Of a DNA stretch of 64,000 bases, positions 50,767-63,307 are shown one piece after another. Under the pieces are notes generated by a model. The model was not told where the DNA came from. It saw nothing but the letters and a program-made list of their open reading frames with translations, and ran no database searches. Origin of the DNA: Somniosus microcephalus (taxonomy: Eukaryota). The stretch spans positions 86,676,001 through 86,740,000 of the forward strand of contig CM126215.1 in assembly GCA_052327205.1 (NCBI GenBank). The letters are read 5' to 3'. The translations under genes and the position numbers were made by a program. The first letter of the stretch is position 1, and each line of letters opens with the position of its first letter.

Positions 50767-53700
50767 ACCAGACTGTAGCTGAAAAACCAGTAGGCCAGTC
50801 ATAGGCTCAGCAGGTAACAGCAATGGTGGGGAAGGGCTGTAAGCTGATAAAAGCTACTTTAAAATTGAAGCATCTGAGCAGCAGATCAGAGACACAGCAG
50901 CTGAGTCTTACGGTGTAATCCAGTGCAGAAGTGTAGTCTTGATGTCCAGAGAAGTCCAGGAATTTGGAAGCCAAAATTAAGAAAAAATCCAATGGTCACT
51001 GAGGAAAGCAAAGAGCAGGCATGGTCGGGAGATGGGTAGTGGCAGTTTAAACTAGCAGCTAGCTTGTCGTTGGGGCTAAAATGTGCCCACTATTATAGCC
51101 GGGGAAACTTAAACAGTGGAAGAGAGGAGATTGGCGGAGAAAGGGCAAAGGATGGCCCAGGATAGAAGTGCACAGTAAGGAGCTCCCTAGAGAACCGACA
51201 GCCCAGGAGTCATCTTGAATCCAACTAAACTGCTCAAAACTGAAGGTTATTGATGTACCAGTATTGCACGGGGATGAAAACACCCTCTGCAAGCAAGGAA
51301 GCGGATACTAATGTTAGCCATAGCGACGGAAGCTGTAGATAACTAGGAAAGAAAGTGTAGGTTATAACTACCAGTGTAGAGTGAAGGCTCCTTGATCTAC
51401 AGCAACTTCTCAGGACAGATTCTGCATAGGCAACCAAGTTGTGAAATCTTATACTGCATTGCGTAAAAAATCCCACAAAGATGACTGCTGCATGTAGGCT
51501 GATGATATTTGAATCATGGACTACACATATGCTGGATTCCACCTGAATTTTTAAATTTTTTGTGGATCTATCCTATGGAACCGAAATAACAGAAGACATA
51601 TGCTTCATTGGAGCCTGCTTCTAGACTGGACATGTTGAGTATAATTAGAATTTTTCCCAATAGAACATTAATCCAAACTACTCCAGCAGTCTTATTACTT
51701 GCTGGATGGCCGCCTTAATTGACCTACTAGTAAGTATTTCATCAACCAGCTATCCAAGTATCACCACACTTGCAGACTACTATCACAAAGAGAAATATGA
51801 CAACCAAACTAGGTGGTGAAATCAGGCTAAACTTGACCATTCTGTACTGATGCAACTATCAATTTTGAATCTCAGACACATCCTGCAAGATCCCATCCGT
51901 CCTGTATAGAAATGTGTCTTTTTGATTGAACACAGAAACCAGCTCCCTGGTGTGAAAAATCTACACTAGAGTTCCCACCTTGAACTTGTCTTTCAGCATG
52001 GAAGACATCAAGGTTTAAAGCTCTGGATTGCTCAGAACTCCCCCTCCCCCCCAATGTATTTGGGTACTGCAAAGTAACTGGGATAAAAGTTGAGTTTTCC
52101 AGGCCAAAAGAACCTTTTCCATAGCACAGCAGAAGCAATTTCTGCACCTTGCAGTTTAGAAGATTCCTCAAACTATGCTGAGAAAATCACTCCCCTGAAT
52201 TTCACAGAAGACCATGTAAAGTGCTACCTCATTGGGCGGTCACCTTACCCATGTATCCAAAAGTAGTAGCTGCCATTCCCTGGAAAATGTAATTTTCTTG
52301 TAGAAGTCTCTTCTACCATAGAGAAATGCAAAGAATTGGAATCACTGGATTAACTGGGTAGAAACCTTCTATAGTTTTTACACTTTATTAGCCACCCTTG
52401 TGATACTTTGTCCCTAAGGCAAACCTACTTAGGTAAAGTAGCTTTCCTCTGGGTGCTATGCTTATTCAGCTGGACACTTAGGGGTTAAAGCAAGGAATGA
52501 TTATAAGCTTTGCCAATGCTTTTACTGAAGCTATCCATTCTGGCATCCACATTTCACCTAACAATCCTGTAAAAGTAGTGGCATTAGTTTTTTCTGCCAT
52601 AAATGGCAACGGATAATTGCCCATGGCAAACTTTCTAGCCCTCATGACCAGGACAGCATGCTGCAATATTTGTCTCAGTAGATTCCTAATTATGAGAAGA
52701 ATGTGTGCAGCAGCTGAGTCGATCTGGTTAATTTGCCCAGTGCCTTGCAGCTTTCCATATGCACTGGAGGACTACCCTGTCAGAAAGGTTACCCACTAGC
52801 ATCTTTTTTGTTGTTAGAAATGATGCATTTTCCACACACAAGGAGTAGGCACAGTGATTCACATCATCTGGGGAGGAATGACATTTTCTGATATGCTGAC
52901 ATCACCTGTATGTCTCTATTCTTTCTGTAAAGCATGCATTTTTAGCTAATTGGCTTTGAGCCAGCTTTTTCAATGAAAAGTTCATAGGCCTCAAACAGCT
53001 CGTTAAAAACTTAGCACATTCCACATGGAACTCCAGAGCTCTAAGCTCACTGGAACCTACAATGATGAGGTTGTAATTAAAAGGATGAACTGACAATCTT
53101 CTCTTCAAGATAGCAACGAGAGACTACCTTTTGTAGTAAATTAGAGTGAAGTCTAAGGTACTGTTAATCAGTATGCCATCACATTAGGTTAATCAGAACC
53201 TGAAATTTGGTAACCAAAGCCACCAATAAGGCTCACATAAAATGTGATCTATTAAACATCTCTTGAGCCTATAGCTTGAGAATCACACATAGATTCAGAG
53301 AAGGACCAGTGGGACTCAGACAGGCTTAAATTTCCACACAGCCTTTACAAAAAGTGAGACAAGAATGTGATCCCCAAGGGAGCTAAATGGAAAGGGGTTA
53401 AGGAATACCACAGCCAATATAATATGAAACCTGTTTTAGTTTTAGGGATACCAAGTAAAGAAGGTCTTACAAAATAATTGAGATGTTGCAAGACAACAGA
53501 TGAAGCTGTTCAGTAGAACATCCTAATCATGGAGAGTTTCTCAGAAACATAGTGTATCTGCTACTGCAGAGAGGAGCCCATGGCCCAAGAATCATTGGCG
53601 TTGAAAAGCCAAGCTGTCAAATAGAAACTCAGCAGGGTCCGAATGAAGGTTCTGATCAGAGAGTTGATAAAGGAGGGCCCTGCTATAATATAATAAGGTT

Positions 53701-53864
53701 GGACAAGCATTGCTCAATTCTAGGATATTGGACAACTATGACTTCTGATGCTGAGTGGGCTACCAAGAATTTTTGAATCATCTGAGGAATTTATGAGAGA
53801 ATGAGGAAATTCATACAACAGGTATACAGAAACATTCACTGCCAGAAAAGGGATGCTTTTTTAA

Positions 53865-54875
53865 AGTTATTCGTTCACAGGATGTGGGCGTTGATGGCAA
53901 GGCAACATTTATTGCCCATCCTTAATTGCCCTGGAGAAGGTGGTGGTGAGCCGACTTCTTGAATCGCTGCAGTCCCTGTGGTGAAGGTACTCCCACAGTG
54001 CTGTTAGGGAGGGAGTTCCAGCGACAATGAAGGAACAGCAATATATTGCCAAGTCAGGATGGTGTGTGACTTGGAGGGGAACTTGCATGTGGTGGTGTTC
54101 CCATGCGCCTGCTGCCCTTGGCCTTCTAGATGGTAGAGGTCACAGGTTTGGGAGGTGCTGTCGAAGGCGGCTTGGCGAGTTGCTGCAGTGCATCTTGTAG
54201 ATGGTACGCACTGCAGCCACGGTGTGTTGTTGATGGAGGGAGTGAATGTTTAAGGTGGTGGATGGGGTTCCAATCATGCAGGCTGTTTTGTCCTGGATGG
54301 TGTTGAGCTTCTTGAGTGTTGTTGGAGCTGCACTCATCCAGGCAAGTGGGGAGTATTCCATCATACTCCTGACTTGTGCCTTGTAGATGGTGGAAAGGCT
54401 TTGAGACACTCGCTGCAGAATACCCAACCTCTGACCTGCTCTTGTAGCCATAGTATTTATGTGGCTGGTCTAGTAAATGGTGACCCCCAGGATGTTGATG
54501 GTGGGGGATTCGGCGATGGTAATGCCGTTGAATGTCATGGGGCGGTAGTTAGACTCTCTCTTGTTGGAGATGGTCATTGCCTGTCGCTTGTGTGGTGCGA
54601 ATGTTACTTGCAACTTATCACTCCAAGCCTAAATGTCGTCCAGGTCTTTCAGCAGGCGGGCATGGACCACTTCATTATCTGAGGGGTTGCGAGTGAACTG
54701 AACACTGCAATCATCAGCGAACATCCCCACTTCTGACCCTATGATGGAGAGGTCATTGATGAAGCAGTTGAAGATTGTTGGGCCTAGGACACTGCCCTGA
54801 GGAATTTCTGCAGCAATGTCCTGGGGCTGAGGTGATTGGTCTCCAACAACCACAACCATCTTCCTTTGTGCTAGT
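53865..54875 (-). mobile_element. CR1/L2-group LINE 3' fragment (distinct family)
   Basis: [25 protein letters not shown]; IYKAQVRSMMEYSPLAW..LNTIQDK. Confidence 0.88.
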
Positions 54876-55580
54876 ACAAAAGCAAAATACTGCGGATACT
54901 GGAAATCAAAACAGAAAATGCTGGAAATACTCAGCAGGTCAGAGAGAAACAGAGTTAACGTTTCAGGTCGATGACCCTTCGTTGGAACTGGAAAAAGTTA
55001 GGGATGTAACAGCTTTTTAAAGCAAGTGTAGGGGCAAGGAAAGGGAGGAGGGGAGGAAAGAACAAAAGGGAAGGTGTAATAGGATAGAAGGCAGGAGAGA
55101 TTAAAAGACAAAAGGGATGATGGTGCAAGACAAAAGGAGATAGTAATAGGACAAGTTAAGAAACAAAAGATGACTCTAGATGAGGTGTAAAGGGCAATGG
55201 CAGAATCATCAACAGCTGCCATGTGAGAAAAAAAGAAAAAAAAAACCAAGGCAGCTGTTGATGATTCTGCCATTGCCCTTTACACCTCATCTAGAGTCAT
55301 CTTTTGTTTCTTAACTTGTCCCATTACCTCTCCTTTTGCCTTGCACCATCATCCCTTTTGTCTTTTAATCTCTCCTGCCTTCCATCCTATCACAGACCTT
55401 CCCTTCTGTTCTTTCCTCCCCTCCTCCCTTTCCTTGCCCCTACACTTGCTTAAAAAGCTGTTACATCCCCAACTTTTTCCAGTTCTGACAAAGGATCATC
55501 GACCTGAAACGTTAACTCTGTTTCTCTCTCTGCATATGCTGCCTGACCTGCTGAGTATTTCCAACATTTTCTGTTTTTAT
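54876..55580. mobile_element. Penelope-like element termini arranged as a long inverted repeat
   Basis: Arms at about 54908-55220 and 55250-55578 are reverse complements with a 29-nt spacer; each arm has a degenerate hammerhead core. Confidence 0.9.
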
Positions 55581-55981
55581 TCCTTTGTATGACTCCAGCC
55601 TCTCAATTATTGCCCTCGAACAGAAGGAGAATTGCTGATGTCCAATGACATATGAAACATGTCCAATGATAGATAGGTAATCCTGAAATGTTCAGCGAAT
55701 ATCACAAATGGATGAACCACCCAGAGAAGTTGGACTATAACCTAACCATGTTGGCCATGACACTACTCACCAAGCACCTTGCACGGAAGTCAATGCTGAT
55801 GGATCTGCTAGTTTCAAAAGAACAGTATTCTAACACACTGTGCCACTTGGTATCAAGAAGGCAAAGATCTTCATTCCCTCTGTCTCAAATGGATTTAAAA
55901 TCAAAGATAATTATATAATGTTGAGCAAACTGCACCACATAATCCCTGTATACAGTTGTTTAATTAGCAGCAACTTCTTAC

Positions 55982-56090
55982 CCGAAATGCTGAAGCTGGT
56001 CACACCAGCACTGGATACAGGCATCTGCATTGCATTTACAGCCAGAGTAGTCGGTGTACTACTTGTCACGAGGTTACTAGTGCTGGCCAC
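55982..56090 (-). CDS. POU2F1: POU2F1 exon: VASTSNLVTSSTPTTLAVNAMQMPVSSAGVTSFSIS(G)
   Basis: ttttaatAG acceptor, GTAAGA donor, 109 bp, phase 0/1 fits both neighbours; human [36 protein letters not shown]. Confidence 0.93.
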
Positions 56091-57907
56091 CTATTAAAAA
56101 AACATGTAATCCAGTCATTCAGCACCATTTTATAATATTAACCTGTAAGGCAGAAACAAACATCAAATTCTAAATTATTAATAATTTATGAATAATCAGG
56201 CAAATCTTTTAAAACAATTTAATTGCCAAACTACAATTTTTTTTGATAGGAGATGATGAGTTGATTATACTGGGGCAATCCTGAATTTCACAATACTACA
56301 GTAATATGTAGGTCAGTTAAGGAGTGCAACAAAAACTAAACATTTTTGTCTATGGTGTATTACTTCATTACTGTGCCTTGGATGATCCACAGAATACCAA
56401 GGGTTAATAATAAGTGCTGATGGAAACACCCCCACACCAGTCCAACCCTTTTTCTCCCCTCCGATGACTTCATAGGAGCCAGAAGTAGGCAGGGCCAAGC
56501 TGCGCGCACACCAGAATTGAAGCAACCGTAAGCTGGCCCATTCCGAATGTCATGCTCACAAGAGGTTGAGAGCCTCCTCGATACTAGGAGCCTCGTTCAG
56601 GCAGTCAGCTGGCACCCAAGGGGATACTATTGAAAAAATGCACTAGAATAGGTAGTAAAGAACACACATCTACTAGGAAGGGGAAGCACTGTGGTAAGTA
56701 GGCACTAGGTACGGAAACATTACATTTTAGGAAATAAATATGACACTGTAGTTGCTGCATTTATTAAGTTTCATTTGTGAGGCAGGAATAAGAAATATTT
56801 AGAGAAGAGGAACTATGTAGCTGGTAGATAAGTAGGATGGGTTTGCAAATGGCATTGATTCTTATTTATTGCAGGCGATGGGGCAAATAGTGTTTGCTGA
56901 GAGTTAATATATTCATGAGAAAGTATTGTGAATTAAAGCCAGAGCCCCCTGGAAACATCATGAGGCAAACTCATTCAAGCTGATGGTGATGATCACTGGC
57001 AGTTCTGTACCAACCCTGGCGTGTGTGGCTACAGGGCTTCCTACATAAGGTTGTAGAGCTCTCCAACTACATTCCTGCCTAGGAAGGCACTGCTCTACTG
57101 TTGGGTCCAGAAAAGTACTGCCTGTGGAGCCAATAAGATTCTTCAGGTAGGTGCTCTCCTCCAATGATGATGTCTCACTTCTCTGGCATCCAGGAGTGCT
57201 TCCTATTTATCCTCCTCTTCCTCCACATAAGCATGTACAAGGGTAGGGCAAATAGGACCCCCGGTCTGTTAAAGGGGAACGTGACCTCTAGCAACTCTCC
57301 AGCAAGCCAAAAAAAAGCTAGCCAAACTGCACCCCTAGTATAGCAGTAAACATCAGATTGTTTTTCCAAACAGATGGCCTAAAAAGGATTATTTCACTTG
57401 TTTACAACATGCAGCTGATCTCTTGAAATTTCTCAGCATTATGGCGCTCACCACCCCATTTATATGGGGGAAGCCAACACTAGACTTACAACAGTAGAAA
57501 TAAAAGGAAAGCTAGCTACAGATCAATGTGAGATTATTTGACTCCTTTTAAAATAAAATTTAAATACTAAAGCTTCAGAGGTACATTGAAGTGGCTCTTG
57601 CCAGGCCCACGACAGGAAATAATGCCAGCAGCACAATTGGTGCGGAGACCCAACATAACTAGCCTTAGCTCGTTCTTCCTGCTTTGCTCCCCGAGAAAAG
57701 GTACATTTGGGAGGCAAAGCAGAGGAAAACAAGTCCCTAAAGTCCATAGTATACAGAATTAAATTAAATTAGTGAACAATTAGACATGGGCTAATTAGGC
57801 ATAGTGAGCATGGATTTAAAAACAGATCACGCTTAACTAATTTAATTGAAATTTTGAGGAAATGACAGTGTATCGATAAAAACACCACTGTGCTATAAAA
57901 GTCTATG

Positions 57908-58570
57908 GCAGAATTTTAATCTGGAGGCCGGTAGGGGAGCAGGGGAAACAAGAAAGCGGTCGGGAAACCCAGGAGAACGGGTTTCCCTGCAGGCCCAGCC
58001 GAATTTAACGGCAATGCCTGATTTACATTTCAAAGCTCTGTTTCCCGCCCGCAGCCAGCCAGATGGAGAGGCTGTCCGGCTGTCGGGTGGGCAGGCCTGC
58101 GGCACTAGGCTGCAGAGAGGGAGTGAGCGAGGAAGGGATCGAGGCTGGAAAGTTAATCGGGGGCCGGAGAGGGGAGGTCGGAGGTGGGGGGAGATTGGAG
58201 GCCTTGTGGAGAGTTCGGAATGGGTCGATCCAATCGCTGGGGGTGGGTGAGGCAGGGACGCTTGGTCCAGTAGGTAAGTGGAACGGCACTTACATCCTGG
58301 ATCTAGCAGTCCTCGCCTCCCTTTAAGCTGTTGGGTTCCCCGAGGCCAGGGAAATCCACTTGCCCCCAGTTAAATTTGAAATGGTGGGTGCCAGCCTCAT
58401 TATAATATTTAAATAGGCAACCCGCCTCCTGGGAGCAGGTTGGCTGCCCGCCCTCCGCCTTGTCTCCATTAATACTGGAAGTGGGTGGGTTGGGGTCGGG
58501 ATTAGTTTTTTTTTTAAACTCTAACCTCCCACTCGACCCCAACCCACCTATTTTTGGAGTTAAAACCCCC
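57908..58570. mobile_element. GC-rich MITE-like element (family of 7720-8345)
   Basis: Shared internal blocks; imperfect terminal inverted repeats (..ttttaa.. / ..ttaaaa..). Confidence 0.6.
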
Positions 58571-60113
58571 CCCCCATGACTCTATAAATGTGTAGAAAAA
58601 TGCTCAGAATAGGCAACATTTATATTTGAAACCTAGGAGAAACTCAAGGTTGCAAATCAAAACACCCCCTAGAGAATTTCAATATCGTTAAGATGAGAAT
58701 AAATCTGTTTACATCCCCATTGCAACTTAGAATGCACAGCCTTCGTTCAGCTGGAAGGGCTAGAGCAATTTGGGCATTACTCTAGGGCAATCAACGAACG
58801 GACAAGCTGATTTTAACCTCAACACAAAGCAATCGATAACTAGACGTTAATAAGATATAGAAATTAGGACTTCATCTGATTTCCTTACAAAGTAATGACA
58901 GCACGTGAACTTTCCTTTTAACCTGAACACCTTAGCTATAGAGGCGCCATTTAGTTCAGTCCCTGCAAGAAACTAACTGCTTGAACTTTGACGGATTTAG
59001 TCCCTTACAGATAAAAGCACAGTACTCTGCATGCATTGCGGCTTCGCCATCTATTTCTGATCTGTGAAAAGCAAGAAACAAAAATAGGAAAAAGATTCTA
59101 CCCTCGCCCAAGTAAACCAAACTAATTTTATCCACAAAAATCTGCAGATAAGGAGGGCAAAACTCATTTAGTTGTACCTGCAAAGAACTTTGGGAAGGCT
59201 TCCATTACCCTCAAATGGCAAGTTTAGGTTTTAGTTTGATCTTCCCAACAGTCATGTCACAAAGACTAAATAGGATTGGGTAAAAATAAAACCTTGCATC
59301 TCATCTGAAAATTGCAACGTTAAATATCCATTCCTCTGAGGGAGAGTGGATCCGAGAACCACAGTTGGACACCATGAGGAATACTTGACAGATCCCAAGA
59401 ATAAATATGTAAAAAGGTAAATCTACTTCACACGTGTATATTTACTTAACATCCATCACCATTCAGTAACCCAGGAAGTAAAGCACTCACCATGATCAAA
59501 AAAGACTTGCGCACTCTGCTTTCTGTCTTACCATTTTTCAACAAATACACAAAAGTACACATGCATATATTATAAAGTATTGAAATCGCACGCCCAATAA
59601 TGCTGTCTGCATTAACTCTATTTACTAATCGGAAATGCAATTATCCACATCTGGATTCCCAATTAGCCAAATGCAGCTGGTGGCCAACATACTGGACAAC
59701 ACTGACCTAAAGCCATCTTTGGCACCAAACTATCTAAACAGAACTCTATCCACAATCTGTCCGCATTAAAGTATTTTGTATAATCTATGTGAATAGCTCA
59801 AATCTCTGTATGCAAGTCTGGTTCTGTATCTTATACATTGTTTTGGTCCCCTACATGCATCAAACTAAACTAGATTACACCATATCAGCTGGAATGAGTA
59901 TCTCCATTTACTGAACAAGTATCTCTATTTACAAAGTTTGTGTTATTGCGACAAAATTCAATTTTCTGCACATCACAGTGTATTTGTACAAATGACTTAC
60001 AGCTAAGCTGCAGAAAACACTTTTGCCAATTAGGTTTTGTGAACAGGAGTATAAATAAAATTGGTACTTCACTTAGAATTTATTTACATTAGATTGTACA
60101 TATGTTCTCCTAC

Positions 60114-60293
60114 CATGGAGGTGGGGTTATGAAAAATTGTTTTGGTAGAAGTAGTAGTGCCGCTGTTACTGCTGGGTGGATTAATCCGCTTCTCTTTCTG
60201 GCGTCTGTTACAGAACCAGACTCGGATCACCTCCTTCTCCATCTGCAGCTGATCGGCAATCATCATGATCTCCTCCGAGGTAGGCTTTTGGTT
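60114..60293 (-). CDS. POU2F1: POU2F1 homeodomain exon: [42 protein letters not shown]...PTSM
   Basis: Diagnostic POU class [13 protein letters not shown]; ttgcAG acceptor, GTAGGA donor, 180 bp, phase 0/0. Confidence 0.98.
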
Positions 60294-60750
60294 CTGCAAG
60301 AATGAAACAATTTTCTTTTTTTTTTTTTACAGAAGTTGAATAAAGGTCTCTTTACCATATCTAGCACATAAAGACGGTCAACATTTGATTGTGACTATGT
60401 TTTTACAATTATTATAACAAACAAAATATATTAATAGATATCCTATGGCATTGTTCATTCATATATTCTCACCTTGAGCACAGTTGTTATGTTTAGCTGC
60501 TAATGTGGCTTGTCCCTTTACGACCACTACTCCAGCACTCTGTGCAAATCCAAGTCATTGTAGCTGCTTGTAAATTGTTCATGTCAATAAGAAGTAAGCA
60601 AAAAGGGTTCTAAATTTCAGGTTCCAGCTCAATGCCCGTCTGTATTTGCTTATTTTTTAAATATTAAAAAAGGATTATTTCACATCTGTAACAAAGTGTG
60701 ATGTCTGGTGTGTGATGTATCTGCACTAAATTTAAAAAATATAAATTTAT

Positions 60751-61652
60751 AACATGACAAAACAGATTATATACTATCAGGCCATATAGAAATAAAAATG
60801 TCAGGAGGAATGCAAGAACCAAATAATACAATTTATTGGATTACTGCTGATCTATGGAGAAATCTTAGGGAGATCGCCGTAACTTTCAGTTCCTCTTTTT
60901 CCTTTCTCCCACTCTCAGGGGCACAAACATTGACCTTGCTATATACCTGATTCCACAGAAGTATACTTGAGGTCTTAATCCAATTATTACTGATTTACAG
61001 TCTGCCTAAACTCATGTATAGGCATACCTCCGTTGGGTTGTGCACACTTCCTACATCCTTTTTAAGATGAGTAGAGGGGGTCTTAAATATTTTAGTATAT
61101 TAATTTCTGAAAGATCAGAAAATGCTGATATGCTTTCTATGTTTCAGGTGGAAGATGCCTTGCTTAGGCTTAGCCATTGTGCATTACGTTGGAATTTAAT
61201 TTTTACATTGTCCTTGCCGCCTGAAAAAAACTTCAGAATTCTGTGTAATCAGATAGAAAATATTAATGCAGCAGTCATTAGCTTTTTCATGCAATCTGTA
61301 CTAACTTTGTGTAAAGTTTTGCACCACTGTGCCAGTGATATGAGAAAGGAGACTGATCATTAAGTAACTTAAGGGATAAGTTACTTTGTGGAAATCATCC
61401 TACATAAATGGATTTAAAATTTCATTATGAAGAGTGTACAGAGGAAATTTTCCCCATGGTGCTGAAGCCTAAATGCCTGTTGACTTCAATATTTTCCCCC
61501 CGGTGATCTCCCCAAGATTTCTCCATAGATCAGCGGTAAACCAATAAAATGCATTATTTATTTGGTTCATGCATTCCTCCTTGTAACAGTATTGTTTAAT
61601 TGCATTTTTATTTCTATATGGCCTGATGGCATATAGTCTGTTTTGTCATGTT
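60751..61652. repeat. Intronic inverted repeat, arms 60751-60879 and 61501-61652
   Basis: For example, catgacaaaacagattat..tcaggccatatagaaataaaaatg..tgatctatggagaaatcttagggagatcgccg has its reverse complement at 61.5-61.65 kb. Confidence 0.85.
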
Positions 61653-63161
61653 TACTAAAATGGCATGGTACCTAAAGACCAGCTCTATTCTAGTCAGAAG
61701 ATGACCTAACAATGCATCTTTGGACAAATGGGTTAGCTGCTGGGTAGGGTTTGGACCATCAGTGGTTGCATTATCTTGTAAGTAACAGAAATCCTTCAGA
61801 CATGCGTGCTGCTGAGAGCCATCATTTCTGGACAAGGAAAGATTTTGGCAGAAGACTGGGTGGATAGTAATTTGACATGTTCAAATCGAGGCCCAAGCAT
61901 GAATTCCATTATTTACTGCCATTATCTATTGTTTGAACTTGAATAAGCTCACTTAAATCAGGGTTGGAGAGAAAATGAAAGCTTGTGTGTTCAATGTGCT
62001 TAAGGCCATTAGGCATGAGTGCAGGTGCTAAGAGCATACAGCTGGGCATCATAACAGCCAACACCTTAAAAACTGTAGGCACAATTCCCTGACTGTCTTT
62101 TGATCCTTACAGGTGATTGGAATTTCTCAGACCTGGAAATGTGGTACAAATCCGTATGCAAGAGTCTTCTATGTGGTATCAGCCTTGTGTACCCAATACA
62201 CACTTGAAGGACCCCAAAGTCTTGACTCTGGTCAACCCGCACCCAAGTTCTCTGGGCTTAGGTAAGTAGAGTATGCTCCTACAGGGAGAGCATCCATGCT
62301 GCATCAGGTGAACAGAAATTCTACTTGTATGAATTTTTCAGTACAGTAGTTTGGTTTTGTAAACTCTAACAAGTGTGGCTTTGGGTTTCTGTGCATACCA
62401 GACACCTTATTGAAAAGAGAGTATTTAATCAACATAACAAACAACAGAACAAGTAAATGTTAATGAATAAATAAATGCCATTAACTCTGCTCTCATCGGT
62501 ATTCACACATCATTGGTACTGCCTTTTTTTGGGTGAATTTTTGTGTCCATGAAGATGAGTGAGGTCAGTTCCATGGAACAGAAACCTCCAGTTTTCTTAG
62601 TTTTGTAAATATTTGCAAAATTAGGTCATCTGTTATCTCCAATAAGGAAGCCTGAAGAAAGCGAATAAAGGAAATGACATTACTTCTTCCCACAACAGGA
62701 GAGGAGGTATATGCCAATGACTCAAAGCTACAAGGAGATGGAGCTGTTCTTATAGCCTGGTTCATATTGAGTTACTCATATTGGTCATAAAAATGCCTGG
62801 ATGCTGACTGCTATTGGCTGTGTTTCACTGGTTCACAAAGGTGAGCCCAATAGTCCATTTTTCTCTATATCAAGATTAGTAAAATAAGCAAGGAGTGGCA
62901 TATTAAAAAAGGGCATAACCATAACATTAATCATGGATCAATAATGGGATTACGCAAGATTGCACACATCATCCTGACTTTAAACCAGGCGACCTTGCTG
63001 TCAAATTAGGGAAGCAGTCTTATTTATATACCAACTTGAAGTTAAGATGACAGACACCTGCATCGTGGTCAACACAAGTCAAATTAGCCCCAAATCAGGA
63101 ATTAACTATATCACAAAATGTTGGTTCTGCACCACTATGCATCTCATTGCTGGTGACTGAC

Positions 63162-63307
63162 CTCCAGGAAACTCTTTTCTAAGGCCACTCGAACATTGGT
63201 CTCTATGCTGGTGCGTTTCTTTCTCCTGCGGCTCAGCCCTTCGATTCCCAGACCTGGAGAAGCCAGGGAGCTGGGATTTGACAGTGCAGAGTCTACTGAC
63301 AAATTTT
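63162..63307 (-). CDS. POU2F1: POU2F1 linker/homeodomain N-terminal exon: (E)[48 protein letters not shown]
   Basis: aaacAG acceptor, GTCAGT donor, 146 bp, phase 1/0; human [47 protein letters not shown]. Earlier exons lie beyond the window end. Confidence 0.97.

Larger units (their letters stand above)
46745..51200 (-). mobile_element. Long fragmented L2-clade LINE carrying nested insertions
   Basis: 3' tail at 46745; LHWLLVKQ..FKILILVFKSLYGLSPPYL; FESLQSGFRPHHSTETA, LLDLSAAFDTV, HMYADDTQ; possible endonuclease-region remnant near 50.6 kb. Confidence 0.85.

Noticed and set aside
51550-53860. Intronic stretch with short ORFs, possibly a decayed retroelement or extra exon
   Set aside because: No recognisable motif, and the flanking POU2F1 exons already join in frame.
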